Part shown: piece after piece, positions 24,141-37,887 of the stretch
Layout of the letters: each line of letters opens with the position of its first letter
How positions within the stretch are numbered: the first letter of the stretch is position 1
Source: Octopus sinensis
Taxonomy: Eukaryota
NCBI RefSeq assembly: GCF_006345805.1
Contig: NC_043010.1
Location: 3,720,001-3,784,000, forward strand
Direction of reading: 5' to 3'
Length of the DNA: 64,000 nucleotides
The notes under the pieces: generated by a model
What the model was told of the DNA's origin: nothing
Database searches by the model: none
The model's input: only the letters and a program-made list of their open reading frames with translations
Translations under genes and position numbers: made by a program

Positions 24141-25866
24141 GTGTAATCATTGCATAAATTCGAATATATCTTTCTCTATCTTTTATCCAATCCATTATTA
24201 AATAAATTTCCTAAATGTGCAAGATGTAAGAAAATGCTTGAGTGTAAGCAATTAGTAGTAAAAATAGAAATGTTAAAAGCTACTATTCTGAAAAGCTAAA
24301 TCCATTATCATTGATTAAAGCAATTTAATATTTCCTTATCTGCAGTAGTGGCAAAATCTAGTTAAGAGCTACCATTTCCTCAGGCTAGTAGAGAAAATAG
24401 AGTGAGAAATAGAATGAGCAGCAGAGAAAAGGTGAGATAAAGTAGCCAACTAGGAGAGTAGATTCTTAGCAAATCTTGCTGGCTTAATATAAGAAATTAA
24501 AAAAATAAATAAAATAAAATGCACATCAACTACAACAACAGCTTCTGATATAAGATAAAATTTATCTCTACAGCAAGCTTTGCTGACAGTTTGCATGCAA
24601 TTAAATGAACACATTTAAACTAGTTTGGAAAACTGAAGCCATTTTCTCAAAACTGCAAGTATTATTCTAATGAGAAAACAAATTAATATAAGAGCAATAT
24701 ATCATAAAATTTGCTTCAGATATAGACAAGCTGACAAACAATGTTCATATTATATAGAAAGGAAAATATTTAAAAGAATACTGACATACACACATACATG
24801 TAAAATATGTGTGTGTGAGTGTGTGTATACACTATAGAGAAAGAGAACATATTTTCTTTAAATAATTAATAAAACCATTAATCTTTAATATTCTGGGTGT
24901 ATTTAGGAAAATGTAATTTTGCTAAGTATTAAATAAAAGAAAAATTAATTTGGCTTCAATAATATTTATGCAATTTTGAAATGTAGTCGTTTATATGTGT
25001 ATCAATTGATTTGCTAAGTTATCTATTTATATGAAAATGGATGTGTGTGTTGGGGTGTGTTTTTGTGATTATATGCATGCGTTTATGTGTGTGTATGTAC
25101 GTATGCTAAAAATGTGTGTATATATCTGTATTGATACATATATAGCTATATTTATGTGTGTTTGTAAATATGTGTGTGTGTATATATAATACACACACAC
25201 ACACACACACACCACACACACACATATATATTATATACACACATGTGTGCATGCATATCTGATGTGTCTATGAGTGCATGTATGTGTGTATGTGTATATA
25301 TATATGTGTGTGTATGTGTATATATATATGTGTGTGTATGTGTGTGTGTGTGTGTATCTGTGGTGTATATATACACATTCATGCATTGAAAATATATGTG
25401 AGAGTGTGTGTGTATACACACCTATAATATTATCTTTTAGCCAGAGTGGAGGCAGTACCCATAACCTTTTACAGCTGCCCAGACCCTGGCAAGAGATAGG
25501 GTGGAAGGTATCCTCAAATGAAAGATCTGATCTGAAACTCAGAGAAATAGAGTGGGTCACATGGAAAGAACTCAGAATGCTAGCTGGTGATGTGAAAGCA
25601 TGTGACAGATTATATCTATCACTCAGGAAGACCTTAGCAGGATTTCAATTTAGAATACAATGAGCTGAAACAAATACAACAAGGTATTTTGTCCAACATT
25701 CTTACAGTTCAGGTAATCAACTGCATTGGATTAATACTTGTCAATGGAATTTCAGTGTGGGAAAATTACCACCAATGCTTCAACAACTCTCCTAATTCAC
25801 TTCATGTGTGCACGTGTGCATGCACACACTCACACAGACACAGACAGACAGACAGACACACACACA

Positions 25867-25900
<34 letters not shown>

Positions 25901-26005
25901 TATTTGTGCATGAGTGTGTGTATAAAACGTAGATGAATTAGATATGTTTTGGCCATTTTTTGCCCAACCAGTGACTAACTTAATAACACCACATAGGTGT
26001 TCTAT

Positions 26006-26056
26006 TAAGTTATATTTATACATAAGTTATATTTATACATAAGTTATATTTATACA
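26006..26056. repeat. 17-bp tandem repeat x3 (TAAGTTATATTTATACA)
   Basis: Three exact copies at 26006, 26023 and 26040. Confidence 0.95.
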
Positions 26057-26224
26057 TAATTAGATATGTATGTGTGTGTATGACTATGTATACCTATATG
26101 TGTCCACTTTCCGCTTTCCGCACTTGGATGGTTTAATGGATTCATTGGGGCAGATTTTCTACAACTCAGTGCCCTTCCTGTTACCACGTTACCAGATCTC
26201 ACCTACTTCCAAGCAAAGTAGTCC

Positions 26225-26812
26225 TGTTGGTGTTGTTGAGAATCTTTCTTCTCAAACATGTGGTTTCGGGTTCAGTTTCACTACATAACTCATTGGGCAA
26301 GAGTTTTCTTGTATGGCCCTGTGACAACCAAAGCCTTGAAAGTGGATTTGGGAAAAGGAAACTGCAACAAGCTTGGTATATGTTTATATATGTATGCACA
26401 CTCACAAACACATACACACATGCACACATACACACATGTATATACTTGTGTGTGTGTGTATCTTTGTAACAATGTCTTTGCATCACGTGATGTTGTTAAC
26501 TAATATCGCCATCATAAAAGCAGCATTGTTCATTCCTGTCTTACATGGAAAACATCTATCAATGGGGAAATATAACCTTTCACTGAAAGAGAAGAGGCTT
26601 GGTGATAGGAAGAGCATCTATCCTTAGAAAACCTGCCTAAATGAATTCTATATGACGCAAATATGAAAATGTGAATATGAAAATGAGGAAAATATTTTAA
26701 AAAATAGATATATGCTTATACATAAACATATATCATTGTGTATACATGTATATATATAGAATATATATGGTTATATGAATATACATATATACTTGTGTGT
26801 AAATATATTTCA

Positions 26813-26853
<41 letters not shown>

Positions 26854-27345
26854 GGCATTATAGGTGCAGGTAGGGTCATGTGTTTAAGCAGTTTTCTTCT
26901 CAATTGCCAGCTTTGAGTTTCTGTCCCATGGCATGGTATCTTGAGCAAGTGCAGACCTACTCTGACCAAAGCTTTGTAAATGGATTTGTAAATGTTAAAT
27001 GACTGAATCCCGTCATATATGAGTTTGTTTGTGTGTGTGTGTGTGTGTGTGTGTGCTAGTATGTGTGTGGCTGAGTATGTGTCTTGAGTGTGAGAATATT
27101 TGCATCTCCTTGTCTTGACATCACATGGTAGTGGTAAGTGATTTTCACTACTAAGTGAAAAAATTTTCATATATTTCCAATATCCTGCAAGAGCATGTCC
27201 AACCACAGAAAAATAATACATTGCTTAGAAACAAGAGAATGTTTGTTACTGGAAGGGTATCTAGCCATAGAAGATTTGTCTCAATAAACTATCCAATTCA
27301 TGCAAGCGTTCAAAAATGGATATTAAAACGATGATGATTATGATA
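26225..27345 (+). mobile_element. Two old SINE copies with an A-like head and a D-like tail
   Basis: ~26225-26690 and ~26855-27345 show degenerate head/CTTGRGCAAG, TG(T/G)..TGGATTTG, (TG)n, GGAAGRGCATCTA.CC and an ATGATG-like end. Confidence 0.55.
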
Positions 27346-27349
27346 GATA

Positions 27350-27554
27350 TATATAAATAGGAATCAATATATATATATAAATGCAGATATAAAATATACA
27401 TATGTTTATACACACACACTCACACATATACATACAAATCTATATATGCGTGTTACATATATATATATATATGAATATATATTTACACACACACAAACGC
27501 ATATATATTAATGTATATATCTACATATATATATATCTACATATAAATATGTAC

Positions 27555-27585
<31 letters not shown>

Positions 27586-27874
27586 TGTACCAGCTCCCCT
27601 GGCCCCTGTACAGGTGGCATGTAAAAAGTACCCTCTACACTCTCGTAGTGGTTGGCGTTAGGAAGGGCATCCAGCTGTAGAAACACTCCCAGATCAGATT
27701 GGGGTCTGGTGCAGCTCCTGGCTTCCCAGACCTCAATTGAGCCGTCCAACCCATTTCAGCATGGAAAACGGACATTAAACGATGATGATGATGATGATGA
27801 TATAAATATACACATTATATATATATACACACACACACACATATATATATATATACACACACACATATATATAC

Positions 27875-27911
<37 letters not shown>

Positions 27912-27983
27912 AGCACACATATATACACACATATATGTATACACACACACACACACATATATATACATATGTATACACACATA

Positions 27984-28019
<36 letters not shown>

Positions 28020-28147
28020 CATACATATATACATACAAATATAAATATATATATATATATATATCTTCATGTAGTGATTATTCTACAATTGGAATTATAG
28101 ATAGATATACATTTCTCTTAACCCTCTATTTGATGTTAATACTAACA

Positions 28148-28182
<35 letters not shown>

Positions 28183-28473
28183 GTGTGTATGTGTGGTGAG
28201 GCGTATATAGAACTTAAAAGTGTGTATGTCTTGAATATTTAAACTTAGATGCTTTTACTTAGTTGTGTATGTGTGTTTGTCTGTGTATACATACATATAT
28301 ATGTATGTGTATATTACACACACATATATATATATGTGTGTGTGTGTGTATATGTACACGTGTGTATATATATATAGATGTGTATAGCAAATATGTTTAT
28401 ATTAATATCTGTCTATCTATATTGATATATGTATGTGTATAAATATATTTATGTGTGTGTGTACAATATGTAT

Positions 28474-28524
<51 letters not shown>

Positions 28525-28609
28525 TATTATAAAAATTATGTATAGATGCACACAAAACACACATATATACAAACACATATATAACCTATCAAGGTATAGG
28601 TTTTGGCCA

Positions 28610-28643
<34 letters not shown>

Positions 28644-29025
28644 ACATATATAATATATATATATATATTATATATATATATATATATAAACATATACATG
28701 TATATGCGAACATGTATATGTATATGTAAATCATATTTATATGTACACATCTATAAGCATATTTATATATATGTACATGTGTGTGTGTGTGCATGCGCAC
28801 ACATTTATGTATATTCATATTTATGCATACATATATATACATACACACATACGTATATGTACACATATAAACATATTCTATATGCATTCACATACACACA
28901 CACACCATATATGTGCCTGTTTATATAAATATATCTATATCTATCTATATATATATATTGATATATACACATGTGCACTTATACACATGCATGCAAATAC
29001 ACACACACATGCATGTACACATACA

Positions 29026-29061
<36 letters not shown>

Positions 29062-29082
29062 TATACATACACACACACATAT

Positions 29083-29121
<39 letters not shown>

Positions 29122-29200
29122 AAGTATATGTATTTATCTGTGTTTTTGTGTATTTATGTATATGTCAGTGTGTGTATGTGTGCATGTGTGTCAGTACACT
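27350..29200. repeat. Compound TA/CA/TG low-complexity tract with an embedded family D SINE tail (27590-27800, +)
   Basis: Dinucleotide mosaics. The embedded GGTTGGCGTTAGGAAGGGCATCCAGCTGTAGAAAC...(GAT)n matches family D. Confidence 0.9.
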
Positions 29201-29454
29201 TCCAAAAATGTAAAAGTGATTTGCCAAACAATATATAATACTGCATCATTTCTGAAATATATTATATGATTTAGCACAATTAATTGTAAGTAAATTCTAA
29301 AAATAGATAAAGAACTAATATTGTTGTTTTTTTTGTTTTTGTTTATGATTTCCATAACTGAGAACAATACTTAGAAAATGAATATTGAAATGTCTATATT
29401 CACACAATGGGTTTTGGTAGTAATATTATAAATTAAAATGAATTAAGCACTTAC

Positions 29455-29745
29455 CAAAGAAGGTAAATAGTCTTCAATGTGTCATTAATTGAGATGTGTA
29501 TCCTGCTGTAGAGTTATATCTTTACTGCTGCTGTTGTGTGCAGGCAGAACTGAGTGTCTTTGTATATGAAGTTGTGTAGGTATGAGAGTGAGGTCTGTAA
29601 TTCTATCAAATATAGTGTGTATGTAACGTCTGCGGCAGCCAATGACAGGCTGTTTATGGTTCCCATGGAAGGGAAACGGAAACTCTGCCTCTGATTCCTG
29701 CTGTAAAGAAGTAGATTTAATGAAGTGATGAGTCACATATAATCC
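29455..29745 (-). promoter_or_regulatory. Candidate promoter and non-coding first exon of the protocadherin
   Basis: Non-repetitive, more GC-balanced island ending in a consensus minus-strand donor TTG|GTAAGT (29455/29454). A TGAGTCA lies at 29729-29735. An otherwise unpaired acceptor TTTTATTTCAG sits at 23731-23730, just before the start codon. The 5' boundary is approximate. Confidence 0.4.
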
Positions 29746-31615
29746 TATAAACACTGTATAATACATATATGTATACATATTAAACTTGCTCTTTAATTCA
29801 TACTAGAAGGTAGTGAAATTTACTTTAACTGTTTATTGAAAACAAATAAATGAAAGCTAAAAAAAATCAATATTTCTAAAAAAAATTTACCAAAGTTATC
29901 TTAGAATGGAAAAAGAAAAATTCTATTTATTTAAAGAAGCTAAAAATTCAGTTATTTTAGTCTTTTCTCTCTTGCTTATCTTAGCATAGATTCATACATA
30001 GATATTGATTATGAAATATCTCAGTTAAAATTTCGAGTAGTCAGTATGAGAGTCCGAGAAATACAGATCTATGTCTCAGAATAAAGAATCAATAACATGG
30101 GCAGAGGGGATTATTGATTTTCTCATTTATAGATAAGACCACTCTTCTATCAGTTTTATTGACAGTATTCTTCTTATGAATATTGTTAAATATTCTTGAA
30201 ATTTTAATCTAATTACTGTTTTATTTTAGTGTTCACAAGACATTCAATGATGTATGTTGGAAAAATTTTATCTGTATTAGGTGTCAGTTGACAGTATATT
30301 AGAAATGTGCTTACTGAAACATTTTTAGAATTAGTATGTGGAATAATTAGTGTCTTTATTGATTTCATAAATAAAGGAATATTGTTCAATTGGATTAGTG
30401 CCAATCAAGCACCTTTAGTTTGGAAGTATACCTAAGAAGAAAATGAAAGTTCAAAATATTACAAGCAATTTCTGAGCAATTTATTTTAATCTTTTACAAT
30501 GAAATTTTATATCTTATAATAATAGTGTCAGAAGTAATTTTATTGATATTTTGAGAATCATAACCTTGCTTGGAAGTTGGTAATCTTTCAAGGTGATTTA
30601 TCCTATCTAAAACTAGAAATTACATAATTTCAGGCACGTGAGCATAAGAATAACATTGGGTAGCTGGGCTTGTGTGATCCTTTGGGAAGATTTAGCTTCT
30701 TCCCACAACTGTTAATGATTAAAAAACAAAAACTTTGGCAAACTTATTTTGTTATTGACTTAATGAGTACTATTTTAGCTTTTGTACTTGTAGTCTATTT
30801 ATAGAAAATTAGCTATTATATATTTGATTTTACTACTGGACAAACATATTGATTAAATAACCCAATTAATTTCATTAGTATTGTGAAAGGTTTTGTAATG
30901 AATGTATCTGATAAAAATAAATATTGCTGAATATTTGAACCTTAACCTTACATTAGTAAAGAAAGACTTATTGATTATATTTGATTGTTATAAAAATATC
31001 AAAAGTTGTTATTCAAATCTAGTATTCAACTTGTAATGTCAAAAGGTTACAGATGTGATATTGTTGGTATTGAAAGTTTTTATCTCGACTGACTTAGTCT
31101 TGAATGATTTTTTAAATACATATATGAGTCTGAGGTATTTATGGCCTCATCAAGAGTGCATTGCTCCAATCAGGATGGTTTGGTTACTATGGTGACTATG
31201 TTTGTGTTGCACCATAAATAGTCTAAGTAACCTCACTGCTGTTATCTATTGCTAGCTAAGTTACTGCCATGGACATTAACTTATAACCAGTATTAACTGA
31301 ATATTACTCTAATCAGCTAATGGTTAGGTACTATTATTGATAGCATTTTGATATTGTGTGGAGACAATATGCAGTCAATAAAAGAGGTACTAAAAATATT
31401 TTCAGATTTTAACATATTGTAATGGTAAAAAAAAAATACTGTTAATACTGAGATTTATAGATAAACAATTCACCAATTTTTTTTTAAAAACATCCTTCAA
31501 ATATGCCAAAATGTAATGTTAAAATTCCCACTACATTTCACAAGTAAACACAGTTTTAATGATATTTCTTCTATACTTAGCTAGGTTGACTGTTTGTGTG
31601 TTGATAAGAGAAGTT

Positions 31616-31616
<1 letters not shown>

Positions 31617-31683
<67 letters not shown>
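31617..31683. repeat. (GA)n microsatellite
   Basis: Directly visible GA run. Confidence 0.95.
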
Positions 31684-31687
<4 letters not shown>

Positions 31688-33175
31688 AAGAGTGAGTGAG
31701 TGAGAGAGTTGTGCGTTGTCTGTAAATGTGCATGCATTTATCTTTGGCTAATGATTTTTAACCTTTGCTGCATTACTGCAAATTTCAAGAGTTGATAGAT
31801 TATGATCATTTAACAAGAGTCAAAATTTTACCCCTAGTGTTTGGGAAGTAGATGTCACAGTCGTGCCCTTGAATTGTGTAACGTCTAAAATTGAATTTGA
31901 TAAATTTAAGACTACTTGAGGAAAATCTTGTGAGTATACTAGTTCACTGCCAAACCTCTGTGATGCACTGGAGATCATATAAACATTGGTGAAGTAACTA
32001 TTATTATTGGTAGAATTGGTTGATAATTGGACAAAATGCTTTGCAATATTTAATGTCCAGATATTACCAAGGTTAACTTTCTTTTTCATCATCCTTTTAT
32101 GCTTTTGTTGTTTAGTCCATATCAAAAATGTGATCAACCTATGAGCAAAGAGGTCCCAAGTGTGACCATCTCATCTTGTTTTCAGTCATAGTGTATGTAT
32201 AAAAACTACATTATTGAATATATCTTTTCACTTTTAAGATTGTTAGGTCTCATGCCCTTTCTAGCAGATCTAATGACCATATAGAGGTTTCCTCACTGGC
32301 TTGCATAGAAGTTTCCTTGTTAACTTACCCTTTCATAATTTATGATAGAAATATCTGAAATATACTATTTTTACTTCATGTTATAGCCGTGGGTAACAGA
32401 TGCCAGATTTGGGAGAATGGTATAGAAAAATTTTGTATTCATTTCTTGCATTTCTGATGTCTATGTCCAAGGACTTAGTCTTTCATTCTACAGCATTGAG
32501 AGTGTAAGACTTAAGCAGAAACTAATATCAGTTTTATAGACTGTGCACTCCTCAATAATTTGTTGTCTTGCTGCAATGTTATGGTAGAGTTTTGGACTAA
32601 AGAGTTGTGGTATTATCATGTTTTTCTTTCTTCATTCAGATCTGCAACTCTGCTTGAGTCAAATTAAGTATTGATTGAGGTTGAATCAGTTAGCTATATC
32701 AATTACCTGTACATTTATTACCCCATGTCAATCTAAAAAGAATCATTACAAAGGAATATTGCAGATTCTATAGAACACTACACAAAATACCTAACAATAT
32801 TTAGTTACATCTCTTCATTTTCAGTTCCTGTATTGCTGAAGTCAACTTTGCCCTTTAGTCCACAGGGAATTGAGAGAACAAATACCAGTGGCTTACCAAG
32901 TTTGGTTTTTATTATTATACATTTGATTCATTCACCTCTATGTCTATGGCTTTGTGATAATATAAGAAATCTAGCTACGGCAGTACATATTCTAAAATTG
33001 GAACGATAATATAAGAAATCATCATTAATATTGATTTATTCTGATGACACTGATTGCATATAACTCGTGTGCATAGTTGACAATAAGCAGCATCCATTTT
33101 CTTGTTGATGTATTTTGGTTTGACTCTTACGTAGTGACTGTGTTCCCTTGATATGTATACTCATAATATATAGTG

Positions 33176-33485
33176 GTGTGGAGGCGCAATGGCCTAGTGG
33201 TTAGGGCAGCAGAGTCGCAGTCGCAGGATCACGGTTTCGATTCCCAGACCGGGCGTTGTGAGTGTTTATTGAGCGAAAACACCTAAAAGCTCCACGAGGC
33301 TCTGGCAGGGGGTGGTGATCCCTGCTGTACTCTTTCACCACTCTTTCTCTCATTCTTTCTTCTGTTGGCCTGCTCGCTTAGCCAGCGGGGTGGCGTCATT
33401 CGAAGGCTAAAACAATGCAAACGCATTGTGACCAGCGATGTGTAACAACATCTGATGGTCTGGTCGGTCACGTGATCATGTGATA
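33176..33485 (+). mobile_element. tRNA-derived SINE, family B head with an alternative tail
   Basis: Matches family B from GGAGGCGCAATGGCC to CTCTTTCACCAC, then diverges completely. Confidence 0.85.
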
Positions 33486-34076
33486 TAGTGGTATAGTGAA
33501 AACACATTGCTTTGTAGTTAGGGTGTTGTGTACATGATCATAAGGTTGTGGATTCAATTCTGGACTGATTGGTGTCATGTGTCTCTGAAAATGACACTTC
33601 ATTTCATGCTGAAATGAGTACCTGGTAAGTGCTGGTGTGGATCTCTCTTATTCCGGCTGTCATGTCATGAATGTTCTGCTGAGCCAAGAGTAGGGAGGCC
33701 AAGAGAATATCTATATCTCCTCTGAACTACATAGGCACCTAAAACAATTAACAGAACTATAGCACATACTACCAACTAATACTCATTTGTGAATGATGGT
33801 TGTGGTTTTTTTTTTATATATAATACAGTGGACATATTTCATTTAGTTGATTAGCTTTATACATTCAAAGTAAATCAAATTTGTGAATGGTAGGTTAATA
33901 AAGATAATAGTACTTGAGTTACAAAATGTGAGAGTTAATTCCCACCTGTTTCTTTTACTTGCTTAAGTATGAGAATTATCAAACAATTACTCTGATACCA
34001 TATGCAAGTAAAGTATTTTTGATCATCATTCTAGAACACTTGAAACCATTCTTCAAACAAGAAATAGCTAAAGAAC

Positions 34077-34310
34077 TGGTTGGTTTCTGGCAGAAACGTT
34101 AGCACACTGGGCGAAATGCTGAGCGGTATTTCGTCTGCCGCTATGTTCTGAGTTCAAATTTTGCCAAGGTCGACTTTGCCTTTCATCCTTTCGGGGTCGA
34201 TTAAATAAGTACCAGTTACGCACTGGGGTTGATTTAATCGACTTAATCCGTTTGTCTGCCCTTGTTTGTCCACTCTGTGTTTAGCCCCATGTGGGTAGTA
34301 AAGAAATAGG
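34077..34310 (+). mobile_element. tRNA-derived SINE, family C
   Basis: TGGCAGAA..GTTAGCA head, GAGTTCAAAT B box-like motif, GACTTTGCCTTTCATCCTTTCGGGGTCGAT.AAATAAGTACCAG core, tail AAAGAAATAG. Second copy at 40621. Confidence 0.88.
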
Positions 34311-34529
34311 TTTTAGAAGCAAAAGTGGCTGAAGGGATCATTTGTATAATCTCACACAATTTTGGAAAAACCAAGAGCCTAACAAACTTTCCTGACTACA
34401 GAAAGACCTCTGACTAAACAAACTATAGCCACATGTAGCACATTGTGTTATTAGACTCATCAAGCAGTTTTACGTTCAACAAGTGTCCTGCCTTCAAGTA
34501 AATAATAAGAACACAGAAATGTCCAAAAA

Positions 34530-35440
34530 TGGGAAAGGAGTTCATCAGAGTTGTATTTTTTCTCAATGTTTGTTCAACATCTACACTAAGTGGACAATAT
34601 GAGAAGCAACACAGGAAGAAAATGGCATCGGAATATATATCTTGCGTATTTCTAGTCTAAGGTATGCAGATGTTACTGCTCTACTTACTAAGAATGAAGC
34701 TAGAATATGAGATGATAAATAGAGTCAATAAGATATCAAATATGCATGATCTTTAATCCCAGCCATATGAAAACAAAAGTAGTAGGAAAAGGGTAAGTAA
34801 ATGTTAACATCAAACTGAGCAGTGAGGCTTGAACAAGTTGTAGTGTACAAGTATATTGGAGCCAAAATCTCTGAAACTGCATGTAAATTTAGGACATGGC
34901 TGTCCAAGGCAAGAATGTCCATGGAAAAATGTGATGACACTGGACAAGCAAAAGTACCTCAAGTCATAAACAGGGCTGGAGGTCATTGTGAGTGTTCATT
35001 TGGCCAAATGACATTTATGATTGTGAAACATGGACTCTGATCAAATTTAAAGAGAACACAATCAATGTGTTTGAAATGTGGGTCTATAGGAGAATGTTAA
35101 GAGTTTCTTGCAAGAATCATTAAACAAATGAATAGGTGTTACTAGAATTAGGTAAATGACAGCAACACTTGAACTTTGTGAGAAAACAAAAGCTCTCTAC
35201 CATGACAAACCCACTTATATGCACATTTGGCAGACTAATCAATACTGCAGTTGAGGTTATATGATCCTTGTTTATCATACATAAATTTATATAAGTATAT
35301 ATAAAGAGACTTGGAAACTGCTTGCTTTTGCAAGTGCAGTCAGTAAAAATCTCTGCATCCAAGACGCCAGCAAGTTTCAGTGCTTTCATCAAGAGAGAAT
35401 GTACAACATTTCAGTGCCTTCCTCTTGACAACTTTTACAA
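34530..35440 (+). mobile_element. Decayed RTE-clade LINE RT fragment
   Basis: Degenerate GVHQSCIFSQCLFNIY, ISSLRYAD, LEQVVVYKYIG, CETWTL and NVFEMWVYRRMLRVS motifs. Confidence 0.75.
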
Positions 35441-36129
35441 AACACTGCTTCTCCCCGCACAACAAATACACACATAACCTCACTAATGTGAGGCTCCACC
35501 TACTGGATTGATTGACTAGTATTCAATCTTAAGTCCATTTCTGGATCATCATCACCATTCAGTCGTGGAGTCATATATATAACAGTTTCACTTAGTTCCA
35601 CATTATTGAAAGTTTCATAGATATAGGACACATCCAAACCTCTGATGATGTGGATGTGTTACATACCCACAAAATTCTAAGTAATGTGGAAACTGAGATC
35701 ATTATCAAATATTTATCACTCCAACTAAATGTGTCAGTGCTACTTTCTTTCATCTGTTCTCTCTCTGCTGTGTGTAAACATCTGTGTGTGGATTTGTGGG
35801 TGTATTTTCATACATAAAAATACACATGCAGAAATATAGACACACCTGATTTCAGATATGATACAATATGTATTGAAACAGTTACATTCATGTAAGTTAA
35901 TATTCTTTAATAAATATATTTTGAGTCCTTCATTAAATCTTTGTCTCCTTGAATTTCATTTGAGAATTACAGTGAATATATATGGCTTTTAGGCTGATTT
36001 TTTTTTTATCCTCATGAGTTTCATGTTACTGCAATCTCCAGGCAAGATCTTGCCTGAAAGTCACAATGTTAGGAAACTCATGCAGTGAGATGAAATTCAT
36101 TTTCACTAAATCATATACTCTGCAACAGG

Positions 36130-36166
<37 letters not shown>

Positions 36167-36192
36167 AGTGAGTGTGTGTATGCGTGTGTATG

Positions 36193-36229
<37 letters not shown>

Positions 36230-36943
36230 GCTCACATAATCATATGTATATAAAAAGAAAGATATTTATTTGGACACATGCACGCAAGCACACACACATA
36301 TATATTTATACACATACGCACACAAACTTACACAGACATATATATGTATAATATTGTTTTGGTGAAGAACTTTACTTTAAAAAAAATCTGTTATTGATAG
36401 TATACTTATGCTCCAGTTTTAACTTTTTATCAAGGAATTTTCATATATTTCTTTATTATTCATCTACATTCTGTTAATAACAATAAAAACTGCAATAACA
36501 ACTTTTACTAAAATCATTTCATTCAAGTCTTTTCAATACCTCCCAGTCTTATCTTCTGGATGAAATGATTTCAGTAAAATTTGCTATTGCAGTTTGTATT
36601 GTAGGCGAGAGTTATAGGAATGCTATTCTTTTTGTGTCTCATTCGTTATCGTATGGAAATATGAAAAAATGTTTAATAAAAATCAAAACTAATGCATAGT
36701 CATATTGTCAATAACACTCACCCACATACACATACATACATTGATGCACACATGTGCACATATGATCGCACATTTCATATGCAAGTATGGAGGATGTAGT
36801 ACTGCAAACTAGTTTCAGCATATGTAAAAATGATTGTTTTGGTACTGTTGAAAGAGATTAGTGTCATGTTCCTATTGGAGGATGGTTTCGAGATAATTTT
36901 CATGGAAACTACAGCTTTTGTTTGATGTGTCTTAAATGCATAT

Positions 36944-37330
36944 GGAGGCGCAATGGCCCAGTGGTTAGGGTAGCGGACTCGCGGTCGTAGGATCGCGGTT
37001 TCGATTCCCAGACCGGGCGTTGTGAGTGTTTATTGAGCGAAAACACCTAAAAAGCTCCACGAGGCTCCGGCAGGGGATGGTGGTGATCCCTGCTGTACTC
37101 TTTCACCACAACTTTCTCTCACTTTTACTTCCTGTTTCTCTTGTACCTGTATTTCAAAGGGCCGGCCTTGTCACTCTCTGTGTCACGCTGAATATCCCCG
37201 AGAACTACATTAAGGGTACACGTGTCTGTGGAGTGCTCAGCCACTTACACATTAATTTCACGAGCAGGCTGTTCCGTTGATCGGATCAACCGGAACCCTC
37301 ATCATTGTAACCGACGGAGTGCTTCCATCC
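36944..37330 (+). mobile_element. tRNA-derived SINE, family B, full length with TSD
   Basis: TGGCCCAGTGG A box and GGTTTCGATTCCC B box. TSD AAATGCATAT at 36934-36943 and 37331-37340. Confidence 0.93.
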
Positions 37331-37887
37331 AAATGCATATGGATAATGCTAGCATGAGGAAGACTAACATTGGAATGAAGAGTAGTATTATCTTTCTAGG
37401 AGTACATGTAGTTAAAAGTGTCTATGAGGGTAATTTTTCTCTTATTTTTTGTCAGGAAGGAAGGCAACACGTTGACCCTTTACAAGCAAGTACTCTTGAC
37501 CACCTAGATTGGTGGGAAGGAGGTATCCTCTGACTGAAAAAGGACCCAAATGCTTGCAATAGAGTGTCTCTGCTAAACAACACCAAGGTCACAACACCAA
37601 GGTACAAGGTTAAGCAAAGTGAAGGATTAAGTCTACTATCCAGGGCAGGATTTGAACTCAGACAGACAAAGCTAGCACAAACACTGCAAAGCATATAGTA
37701 TAGCATTCTTATAGTTCTGCAAATCCACAACTTTCAGTTGGTAGTTTTTTATTAACCTCAAAAGAATGAAAGACCTTTGTTAAATTTGAATTCAAAGCAC
37801 AGAGAGTTGGGACACATACCATGAGGCGTTTCTGCTGATACAGAAAAAGGTGCGGGATACATGGTTGAAATCTCGAATTATATTGAA

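Noticed and set aside
35636-35695. CTGATGA-TGTGG...CCACA-AAA hammerhead-like string
   Set aside because: GAAA is missing after stem II and there is no stem I complement.
36944-37020. tRNA genes at SINE heads
   Set aside because: A and B boxes are present but there is no full cloverleaf, and each continues into a SINE body with TSDs.
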